From: Eledone cirrhosa
Taxonomy: Eukaryota
DNA: 64,000 nucleotides
Reading direction: 5' to 3'
Assembly: GCA_964016885.1 (NCBI GenBank)
Contig: OZ024741.1
Location: 282,968,001-283,032,000 of the forward strand
The position numbers and the translations under genes were made by a program. The first letter of the stretch is position 1, and the number at the start of each line of letters is the position of its first letter. Shown here one piece after another: positions 1 to 9,339 of this stretch. A model generated the notes under the pieces. The model made no database searches, was not told the DNA's origin, and was given only the letters and a program-made list of their open reading frames with translations.

Positions 1-221
1 ATTATTATTATTTAAATTTTTAACAGTTATATAAGTTTATGTATTATATATTATTAATTATTTATATATCTTTTTACACATTCTCATATGCACCCTCTGT
101 ATTATATGTAATTTTTCATGTTTCAACTTAAGGTATATAAATATCAAGTTTTGTCATAACTAATCACTGCCATGACTAAATTATAACCATCAACATAGTC
201 AAGGTATGTCAGGCATCAACT

Positions 222-288
222 TATTTTATCTGATGAGGACGTACTGTTGAAATAGCTCCAGTATCTCTGAAATATGTATAATAAAATA
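222..288 (+). ncRNA. Type I hammerhead ribozyme motif (Penelope-like element tail)
   Basis: Stem I TATTTTAT(222-229)/ATAAAATA(281-288); core CTGATGA 230-236; stem II GGACGTACTG/CAGTATCTCT (one mismatch, two G-U); GAAA 269-272; minimal stem III ATA-tg-TAT; AUA triplet, predicted cut after 280; (TA)n follows at about 333. Confidence 0.75.
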
Positions 289-328
289 TATTTGATCACA
301 TGAATGTCTATATTTATTAATATTTTGA

Positions 329-366
<38 letters not shown>

Positions 367-1176
367 GTTAACTATATGTCTAGTCAATTTCTACAGGCTA
401 ATAGAAATATTAGGTAAATTTTTTGTAGCTATAAGTCGCGGATAAGAAGCTATATCATTTATCTATTGTTTCTTCATAAGTACATTTTAAACTTATAGCC
501 TCGTTTAAATGATTTTTTGTGTGGTTGATTTATGCTGATTGGGAGGAGAAATACTGTACATATTTTATCTAATGATTCTATGGACTTATTTTTATATATA
601 TATATATCCAAAATTTAAATTAAATTAAGGGTGTGATGTCAGAGAGACATGCGCCATATCCACTGTAAAATATGCTCCAAGATTCCAATGAATAGATCCG
701 AGCATTTTCTATCAACTAGAAATTGATTGACATATATATATATATAAAATAAACATATGAAACAATCACAGGGGATAATCTGTAAAAGTGTGTAAGCATG
801 CACAGCTATGTAGGTAACTAATTAAAGTTTAACTAGAACTTCAAAAATAGATACCTTATAAATTGATTAATCTTCCTTGTATAGACTGTGGGGAGAGCTG
901 AAGGTGGTGTTTGTGTACGTGTGTGTGTATGTGAATGTGAGAGTTGAGGGAAGAACAAGGTTCCATGTTCAGGTAAAGGGGAACCGGTGTGTGCGTGCGT
1001 GTGGATGGAGAGGTGTCAGAGGCGTGGGGAGGGGGGGTCATGTGGAATCCGGAGGCTGAGTGTGTGTGTGTGGGGGGATACGCACGTGTTTATACGTGGT
1101 GTGGATGTAGGTGGCGTGGTTCGAAAAGAAATGTGAGTGTTTGTTCGTGGGTATGTTCCTAAAGTATATATATATA

Positions 1177-1217
1177 TTTATTAAAATAACAGATTAAAGT
1201 TTAAGCAAAGAATCGCT
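1177..1217. repeat. 41-bp sequence present as an exact inverted copy at 5987-6027, each abutting (TA)n
   Basis: TTTATTAAAATAACAGATTAAAGTTTAAGCAAAGAATCGCT is the reverse complement of 5987-6027. Confidence 0.85.
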
Positions 1218-1437
1218 GAGTGTAACTTGGAGTTACTTCAGATTCACCCGGGTGAGCACTCGATGTTTAGGTTCACTTCTGTGTTGATTTTCTACTAGCA
1301 TTTTAAAGGGTCCGTCGAGTTGCCAATGATAGAGTCGGGTAAGATCGATACAGATCGAACCTTGAGCTGATCAGTGGCGAAACGCCATCAATAAATGTAA
1401 TGAAGGAGTAACCAATCGTCCTTGTTATCCTTTCAAT

Positions 1438-3781
1438 CATCACCGTTTTACGTCCGTTCTTCCACGCTAGCATGGGTTAGACGGGTTGTCCTGTTGTGGG
1501 CAGTGTCTGGTCGGCTGACCATGCCTTGCTCATACAGGAACTGATCTGGCTTGATTTCTACAGCTGGATGCCCTTCCTAACACCAACCTCATTTACAGTG
1601 AGTGCTGGGTGCTTTTTCGTGGCGCCTACACGTCCACTTTACAGTGTGGGCTGGGTGCTTTTTTGCCGTGGCACCTCCACGACCACCTTGCGGTGGGGGG
1701 GGGGGGCATATTGTTTATATGCTTCAGCATGTACCCATGGGAGGTCGGGTACCCTGTATTACTGCGTGACGCCAGAAGTCACGGTCGTGTGTCATTGACT
1801 TTGAGAAGTGTAGTTGGGTAAGGTCGGCTTTTATCACCTCATCCCAAGTCATCTTGGGTCTCCCCACTCCGCGGTTTCCATCAACTTCTAGTGCTCTGCA
1901 CCTTTTTATGCAGCTGTCATCCTTCATACGCATCACATGTCCATACCAGCGTAACCGCCTCTCCTGCACGCAGCATTTGATTCCTCTTATGCTCAGTCTC
2001 TCTCTCAATTCATTTATGCTTTGTCGTTCACGTATATTACTGTTACACATCCATCGGAGCATGCAGGCTTCGTTTCTCTCTAATCTACGTAAGTCTTCCA
2101 CCTTCAGCGCCCAGGTCTCACTACCATGCAACATCGCTGTTCGGATACACGCATCATACAGTCTGCCTTTCATTCTGAGGGAGAAGCCTTTTGCAGCTAG
2201 CAGTGGTAGTAGTTCCCTAAACTTCTTCCATCCCGTTCTTACCCTAGTTATTGTACTTTCTGAGCACCCACCTCCGTTGCTAATTCGGTCACCTAGGTAG
2301 CAGAAGCTGTCTACTGTTTCTACAGGGCCCTCCCAGAGATTGGTGGTACTTGTTTCCTGTGGCTGTTTGCTTGCTGTTTCAGCACAGCTGCTGCATGTGA
2401 ATCCTACATTCTTAATTAAGCTTCCTGAGATCCCGCTACATCTCTTGTGTACCCATTGTTTGCATTTGGGGCAAAGAATGGAGTTCCTACCTACACCTTT
2501 CCTACATACTGAGCAAGGCCATTTCCCTGAGGGGATCTGGGTTCTGTTTTCTCGTCTACTTATAAGGACCTTAGTCTTTGTCATGTTGACTTTGAGGCCC
2601 TTTCTCTCTAGTCCCTGCTTCCAGGTTTGGAATTTATTCTCTAGTTCTACCATAGATTCAGCTATGAGTGCGAGGTCATCAGCATACAGGAGTTCCCATG
2701 GGCATCCGGTCTTAAACTCCTCCGTTATTGCCTGCAGGACTATGATGAACAGGAGAGGGCTAAGAACAGAGCCCTGGTGGACCCCAACCTGTACGCTAAA
2801 TTCCTCGCTATACTCATTGCCAATCCTAACTTTGCTGACTGCTCCCCTATACATGGCTTGTACCGCTTTCACAAGCCATTCATCTACTCCTAGTTTTCTA
2901 AGAGCCCACCAGATTACTGCACGTGGAACTCTGTCAAAGGCTTTCTCAAGGTCGACAAATGCCAAGTAGAGTGGCTTACTTTTAGCTAGGTACTTTTCCT
3001 GTAATTGCCTCACAAGGAAGAGCGCATCAGTGGTGCCTTTCCCTGGAACAAACCCAAATTGCATCTCGTCTATATTCACCCGGTCCCTAATCAGCTGTGC
3101 TATAACTCTTTCTGTTACTTTCATGACCTGGTCCATCAACTTTATACCTCTATAGTTTCCTCTATCTAGTGCATTGCCTTTACCTTTGTAGCAGTTGACA
3201 ATGATGCTACTGCACCAATCTTTTGGTATGGCCCCCTCTAGTATTACCTGGTTAACGATACGTGTGGTTATAGTGTGACCTACAGACCCAGATGCCTTCA
3301 GCATCTCGGCAGCTATACCCGATGGACCGGTTGCCTTCCCTATCTTCATATCTCTGATTGCCTTACTTACTACGCTGCCGCTGACTTGTACTGCTGGTCC
3401 CTCTATAGGGTCTACGTGGGGTAGGGTCTCTTCTTCCCATGCATTCTCCTCATTTAGTAATCTATCATAATGACTCTTCCATGCATCTTTCTTCTCAGCA
3501 CTTGTGAGGGCAAGCTCACCTTTATCATTCCGGATACACTTCTCTCCAATGACATCACAACTATCTCTGACACACTGCCTCGCAATCTTGAATACCTCCT
3601 GTTTCTGGTCCTCACGTTGTAAAACATGCTTGAATTTTCTATCCTCTGCTTCCCTCCTAGCTAAGTATACTTGTCGCCTAGCTTCCCTCTTGGTCTCTAT
3701 GTAATGTACCCTGCTCCCCCCGTTCTTCCATTCTTTCCATATTTCTTCCATTCTTTCCATATTTCTTCCATTCTTTCCATT
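1438..3781 (-). mobile_element. 5'-truncated RTE-clade LINE with 8-bp TSD
   Basis: RT ORF, conserved 3' UTR motif AGGAAGGGCATCCAGCTGTAGAAA, short (GAT)n tail; TSD CTTTCAAT at 1430-1437 and 3782-3789. Confidence 0.92.
1724..3760 (-). CDS. RTE LINE reverse transcriptase ORF (endonuclease lost by truncation) with internal PHD-type finger
   Basis: Uninterrupted 678-aa frame: NYRGIKL, QFGF, FVDLEKAFDRV, GVHQGSVLSPLLF, LLYADD, FCYLG, RLRWYGHV; Cx2C...Cx2Cx4Hx2C...Cx2C at 2384-2515. Confidence 0.92.
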   Translation of the reverse strand: MERMEEIWKEWKNGGSRVHYIETKREARRQVYLARREAEDRKFKHVLQREDQKQEVFKIARQCVRDSCDVIGEKCIRNDKGELALTSAEKKDAWKSHYDRLLNEENAWEEETLPHVDPIEGPAVQVSGSVVSKAIRDMKIGKATGPSGIAAEMLKASGSVGHTITTRIVNQVILEGAIPKDWCSSIIVNCYKGKGNALDRGNYRGIKLMDQVMKVTERVIAQLIRDRVNIDEMQFGFVPGKGTTDALFLVRQLQEKYLAKSKPLYLAFVDLEKAFDRVPRAVIWWALRKLGVDEWLVKAVQAMYRGAVSKVRIGNEYSEEFSVQVGVHQGSVLSPLLFIIVLQAITEEFKTGCPWELLYADDLALIAESMVELENKFQTWKQGLERKGLKVNMTKTKVLISRRENRTQIPSGKWPCSVCRKGVGRNSILCPKCKQWVHKRCSGISGSLIKNVGFTCSSCAETASKQPQETSTTNLWEGPVETVDSFCYLGDRISNGGGCSESTITRVRTGWKKFRELLPLLAAKGFSLRMKGRLYDACIRTAMLHGSETWALKVEDLRRLERNEACMLRWMCNSNIRERQSINELRERLSIRGIKCCVQERRLRWYGHVMRMKDDSCIKRCRALEVDGNRGVGRPKMTWDEVIKADLTQLHFSKSMTHDRDFWRHAVIQGTRPPMGTC

Positions 3782-3785
3782 CTTT

Positions 3786-3824
<39 letters not shown>

Positions 3825-4053
3825 TATGTTTTGTGAGGTTTTGGATATGAAATCGTGTTATATTGTTATAGTTGGGGAGGGTCATATTGTTGAAATAATA
3901 TTGCCAGAAATAATAACAGAACACACTCACTGTTTGGTTGGTTTTCGCTTCTGTATCTTTTATATCTCCACAGTGGGATGGCGTCATCGTATGGCTAAAA
4001 CAGCACGTGCTGTGACCAGCGGTGCCCGACAGACTGGTCGGTCAAGGTGATAT

Positions 4054-4107
4054 ATAGTCTAACAAAGTTCTTTCGTTGCACATCTGCAACATCATCAGTG
4101 GTACTAT
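4054..4107 (-). ncRNA. Minimal type I hammerhead ribozyme motif
   Basis: Minus strand reads ATAGTACCA-CTGATGA-T-GTTGCA-gatg-TGCAAC-GAAA-G-aa-CT-T-TGTTAGACTAT: intact core, perfect 6-bp stem II, 2-bp stem III, imperfect stem I; tail runs into (TA)n at about 3820. Confidence 0.65.
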
Positions 4108-4139
4108 TATGTTCCTCCTGTTGTATTGTATGTCTACGC

Positions 4140-6040
4140 AATTCCTTCTTTTCTCTATCAAGGAAGAATTCCCCAACGTGGGCAGTGGCTTGTACCATGA
4201 TGATGGTCTTTTGACCATGACTAAGTGCGGCCCACGTGCTTGCGACAGGTTCAGAAAAGAACTCACAGCCTTCTTTAAAGGCTTCAACCTCTCCATACAG
4301 GTTGAGCCCAACCTCTTGGTCGTTAATTACCTCGACGTTACAATTTGTTGAATGGCCTGCACTACCCATATAGAAAGCTGAATGATACGCTTAATTACAT
4401 AAGTAAGCATTCTAACCATCCTGCCAGCATAACCAAGAACCTGGTAAGAAACGTTTCTTTGAGGCTTTCCCGTCCTACAAACGAGCATATTTTCACCAAC
4501 CATTCCACATATTACAATGAAGCTCTTACTCTGAGTGGATTTGTCGATAAGGTAGCATATACCGAGTATGAACATAGACCTAGGAAAAAATAGATCCCGA
4601 CGCATTATATTATGGAGGTGGCCACACCATTAGCTAAGATCTTTCTCTCCCTTATTAAGAAGCATTTCCCCCCCAGCACATAAATATAACATTTTAATAG
4701 AAATACCATTAAAATTTCTTACTCTACGACTCCTAACCTTGCACATAACATCACTGCTTCAAATTTAGCTAAATTACCTAGCCATAGGAACACGTAATTA
4801 TAGGAATCGGGTTGACTGCTCCCTATCCGGGAAATACGTCTCCAGTAACATTGTCTACAAATGTAAGGTTGAAACACCCACATCCCGTAGGGCCTATATA
4901 GGGTTAACCGCCAATAGATTCAAGCAGCGTCTTTACATGCATACCCATTCTTTTCTTAACCATTTAAGAAGGAATATGACGGCACTTTCAGCTTATATCT
5001 GGAGTCTAAAAGACAACCACACTGGGAGATCCTAGCTGAGGCTAGACCATATAACGGAAATAAAAGACCATGCGACCTCTGTGCCGCTGAAGCCCTGGAA
5101 ATACTCTACGTCAATGACCACATCTTAAACAAAAAATCTGAGGCAATTTTGGTGTGTAAACATAAATTGCATTAAGCTTTCCTGTATTACAGCCCCACCT
5201 TATACCCTAACGGATAGTTCGAACAATATGCGGATAATTTACATCTTGATGTGGTAGTTAAGTATATTTTATGTTTATACCATTACTTATTTGTATAGGT
5301 AAGTATATATTACCTGTATGTTTTGTGAAGGTACGTATACTTTCTCGTATGTATATTTGCTTGTATTTGTTATAGGTGTATATATTATATTATATATACT
5401 GGTACATGTGTATATGGTTATGTGTATACATGTATTTGCGTTTGTGTGTGTATGCGGGTTTCCACGTATGTAGGGTGTGTATATGTGTACTTTGTCTTTT
5501 TGGTTGACGTCCGTTTAGCGAACGTGTATTTACCTGTAGGTATGTGTTTGCGCGCGTTATATATACGTATTTATGTGTGTATATTTACATACGTTTATAT
5601 GTATATGCATACCCATGGCATGTGTATGTACGTATATAGATGCGCGCATGTATATATTTAATTATTGTTGATTTCAATAACCTCTGTAATTTATTTACAT
5701 TATTCTTAACTCTGAAGCCGAGAATCATTCAATTTCCTAAATAGAATTTTGGTCTACGACTTCATTTATACCATAAATGTGGTTTTGTCTTTGCGTGTAA
5801 TTGTTCCCACCGCTCCAAATAATGACGTATTATCTTCGCTTTTTTTCCTTTCATTACCTGGGAAGGTCTCCTCGAACCAAAGTATTGTCTTCCCGTTTTC
5901 CTTCGGTTGCAATGTTTTTCGAAATATTTACTTCTGCGTTCACAGATTGATTTTTTCTTTTAGTTTCAGATCCCGTTAAGTGTGAAAGCGATTCTTTGCT
6001 TAAACTTTAATCTGTTATTTTAATAAATATATATATATAT
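4140..6040 (+). mobile_element. Decayed, 5'-truncated Penelope-like element (Naiad-type RT + GIY-YIG) with 3' tail
   Basis: Frameshifted RT motifs GLYHDDGL, VNYLDVT, PYRK, SNHP; GIY-YIG NIVYKC...AYIGLT..FKQR...H; C-terminal CDLC..E...LNKKSE...CKHK as in Naiad-type PLEs; coding remnant ends near 5200. Confidence 0.85.
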
Positions 6041-6986
6041 TTGGAATAAACATAAAGTTACCACCATTATTATAACTACAATATCTTCCTTGCTAATATT
6101 TCATTCATTTAATTAATATATGGGTAGGTAGTGATAAAATGAGACCTTTAAAATATTATATAGAAAAAAGATTGTATATAAAATTAAATATATAAATTTA
6201 AAAATAAATAGCATTATATAAAAGGATTCACTTATAACATAATATATTGTATATTAACACATAGAATTTAACTAATTGGAGTTGTAAACAACTATACATT
6301 TTTCTCTTATACACAAATTAATCACCAATTACTTCCCCTTTCCCATTAGTGTAGATCTCTAATCACTTACTGAAATTAAACCGTTAGACAGATCACTCCA
6401 GAACAACTCTAACCCATGATAAGATTGTAATAGGACCAATATACAATCCATAGTTGTAGCTACTGATAAACATTTACTAAAATATAACCAATGTAATGAA
6501 AAGGAAAACCTTGATATTAATATACACAACACGTACATATGAATATTACCGGAACAATTATCACATTGCATCCACCATAAACTTCATAGAAACTGCTTTT
6601 CATACCCACGCATCTCTGTCTGCTTAATATGCTTTTATACCTGTATTGTATTATGTGGTACCCTTGCCATACTGTGATATATATGCTTAGTACCATTGCT
6701 TGTTTCTTTCCTGGTTATTCTGTACATGCCTAATACCTCTGCACTCTTTCTATACGTTTGCATATGTACCACTAATGTCCTCATTTTGCGAGTAACTTTC
6801 TTCTTTAATTCTTCTATAATTGTTGTATTATTCTTTTATAATCTTTGTCGCATCCACTGATACTGACCACATCATCTTCACTCTTTAAATATAACACTGT
6901 TAATGACAACACCAGCATCTATGTATCTTTACAATTGTTCTGTGGAATAGGAGGTTAATTATATGTCTAAACTTTGCTAGTGCAGG

Positions 6987-7031
6987 GCTCCGATGATTCC
7001 AAATGAAAGTTTGGAAGAAATGATTGTCAGC
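6987..7031 (+). ncRNA. Type I hammerhead ribozyme motif (CCGAUGA core variant)
   Basis: GCT-CCGATGA-TTCCAAA-tgaaag-TTTGGAA-GAAA-T-gatt-G-TC-AGC: perfect 7-bp stem II, GUC triplet, 3-bp stem I, directly followed by AATAAA and then (TA)n. Confidence 0.65.
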
Positions 7032-7080
7032 AATAAAATGTTTTGAACATAGTTTTGATTATTCTGTAATTTATATATAT

Positions 7081-7690
7081 AGAGGGATCAGATGTTGTTT
7101 ACTCGAGAGAAGACTACGTTGGTATGGTCACGTGATGCGCATGAAAGACGACAGCTGTATAAAAAAAGTGCAGGGCGATCAAAATAGACGGTAGCCACGG
7201 AGTAGGCAGACCCAGAAAAACCTGGGACAACTTGATAAAATCCGACCTCACACACTTACACCTCTCCAAGACAATGTCACTGGACCGAGATCTTTGGCGC
7301 TACACAGTCATATAGAAGACCCACCTTGCCTAAGTACAAAGCAAATACTACAGTCAGTAGGCACCTCTAACAAAATACAACCCCGTCCCACTACCTTAAA
7401 TGTGAAGTTATGTTGGTACCACAACATCCAGTCCGAAACAAATGAGGTCGTGTGTCACGACAAAAAAACACAGTCCACGCTGTAATGTGGCCGTGTAGGT
7501 AACACGGTAAAAACCTCCCAGTCCACACTGTAAACATGGTTGGTGTTAGGAAGGGCATCCAGCTGTAGAAAACCCGCCAGACAGTCCTATACGAGCAGGA
7601 CAACCAATCTTGCCTCAAGTGGGAAAACTCCCGTCCAAACCCATGCAAGCATGGAAGATGGACGTTAAACGATGATGATGATGATGATGA
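7081..7690 (+). mobile_element. RTE LINE 3' fragment, same family as 47757-50148
   Basis: Encodes RRLRWYGHVMRMK...GRPRKTWD, shares the 3' UTR, ends in (GAT)n. Confidence 0.9.
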
Positions 7691-7768
7691 TATATATATA
7701 TTTATCTAAAGACATTTTTTCCAATTCCAACCTGCCCGCCCCCTCAATCTATCTTATTTCTCATTCTT

Positions 7769-7804
7769 TCTTCTAACGAAGGACTAGTGTCCGAAACGTT
7801 AAGA
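7769..7804 (+). ncRNA. Degenerate minimal hammerhead motif (core G-to-A change)
   Basis: TCTT-CTAACGA-A-GGAC-tagt-GTCC-GAAA-CG-TT-AAGA; palindromic ACGT stem III as in PLE minimal hammerheads; CTAACGA deviates from CUGANGA. Confidence 0.55.
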
Positions 7805-8388
7805 CCCTCTTCCTGCTGTACCAAGCGTTAACCTAATATATCCCTTCCATATACTGTACCGATTGTGCTGTTATTTCTGTTTACCTTTTACATACATGTA
7901 TATAATGTTAGTTCAATATTTGATATATATATATATATACATATATATCAAATGTAGAACTAACAATCAATTCTTAAAGGAGAGTAGAGACAGACTTATA
8001 GAGTGTATTTGCCAGCCAGCCTCAGAAAGAAGTGGTTGTTCAATGTTAAGTTTTTCAATAATGAAAACAAATTGATTTTATACAACACTTAAACGAGTCC
8101 ATTTCACAGTTTGCCAGAAACAATTGTAAGTGATTAAAAACCATTTGTAATAAAAGTAAATTGATTTGCATTTAATACTTTTGAATATATATATATAGAG
8201 AGAGATATGTAAAGTCCTGCAACCACTTGGCACTGCAGTCAAGATTTTACATATCTCTATACCCACTCTGCATCTCCCCAAGCATTGAGTACTCCCATGA
8301 TTAGTTGTCTTTCTAGTCGCAGCACTACATACTCTCTCTCTCAAAATATATATATATATATACAAAACCCTGATAATTTATATGAATA

Positions 8389-8662
8389 CAGTGGAACCTC
8401 GGTTCACAACCGCCTTTCATTATGAACAAATCGATTCACAAACAATTTTTGCAAACATAAAATATCTCAGTTCACGAATGTCTTAACAAACACACAAGCT
8501 GGGAGTATTGGCGGGAAAGCATCACTTGCTGTATAGTTAGTTACTATGGTGATATCTGTCTTTCACAGTTTCTCTCTCAACATTTCGTATAGAAAAACTA
8601 GTTTCAGTTAATGAAGATTTCAGGTGATGAATGGCCTAAGTTTATGAACCAAGGTTCCACTG
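8389..8662. mobile_element. Tc1/mariner-pogo type MITE
   Basis: TIRs CAGTGGAACCTCGGTTCA / TGAACCAAGGTTCCACTG, TA on both sides; related copy in opposite orientation at 31291-31603. Confidence 0.85.
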
Positions 8663-9053
8663 TATATATATATATGTTTATGGTAAACATGCTAACTAAT
8701 CACGGTTGCCTATACAACTCACCGATCAGTGAATAATGATGCAGTTTAATTTAAGCACTCAACGTCATGTTTTCTTCCAAATATAATTTGTTACTCTGTG
8801 ACTGTAATATCTTACCAACTGTGGAGAAGGGAAGCTTTGATGTGTCAGATAGGATTGTCTCAATGTTTATAACTGCTTATCAGGAGTGGGATATGGACAG
8901 ATGGACAGTCAGCACCCTACTTTTATGCCTGCGCCCAACTATAGAGTGAAACTAAAGTTCACAGAACAGACATCAGCAATGAAAACATCATATCTGTCTG
9001 TTCTCTTGTCATTAGCCTGGATTACCCCGGCAACATAACATTATTACATAAGA

Positions 9054-9147
9054 GGTTAACTTTGCCTTTCATCCTTACGGGGTCAATAAAATAAAGTACC
9101 AGTAATTCACTGGGATAATTGCAGGCCTTGTGCCAAAAGTAGAAACA
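9054..9147 (+). mobile_element. 5'-truncated SINE (Nin/Deu-type central domain) with 14-bp TSD
   Basis: GCCTTTCATCCTTACGGGGTCAATAAAATAAAGTACCAG core; TSD ATTATTACATAAGA at 9040-9053 and 9148-9161. Confidence 0.85.
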
Positions 9148-9160
9148 ATTATTACATAAG

Positions 9161-9245
9161 ATGCTGTCTGATGATGTAGTGTGACCGGTTGCATTTTTGA
9201 ACCATCACATAGCTGTAATCACCATTGAAATATGCATCACAACAT
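9161..9245 (+). ncRNA. Type I hammerhead ribozyme motif with extended stem II
   Basis: Stem I ATGCTGT/ACAACAT (one mismatch); CTGATGA 9168-9174; long imperfect stem II (TGTGA/TCACA, GGTT/AACC); GAAA 9227-9230; stem III AT-atgc-AT, AUC triplet; AATAAA follows. Confidence 0.55.
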
Positions 9246-9339
9246 TATTAATAAAGGATTTTTAAACATCTACGTTAAATTCCAAAATTATCCTTATTGA
9301 ATATATATGATAACTGCTACTTTTTTACAGAAGAGTGCC

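Noticed and set aside
1318-1395. Possible further hammerhead (CCAATGA ... GAAACGCCATC AATAAA)
   Set aside because: Two core deviations, and stem I cannot be formed together with an NUH triplet.
1854-2969. Long plus-strand ORFs opposite the RT genes (also 48231-49172, 52187-52771, 58815-59279)
   Set aside because: Antisense shadows of the real retroelement frames.
4780-5200. Selenocysteine-encoding Naiad (in-frame TGA at Cys positions)
   Set aside because: The Cys positions before the GIY-YIG read CGT, TAT, TGC and TAC, not TGA; no SECIS recognised; the TGA at 4349-4351 coincides with a frameshift.
6359-6940. Long stop-poor minus-strand reading frame
   Set aside because: Still has several stops, no recognisable motif, and lies antisense within a repeat tail leading to the 6987 hammerhead.
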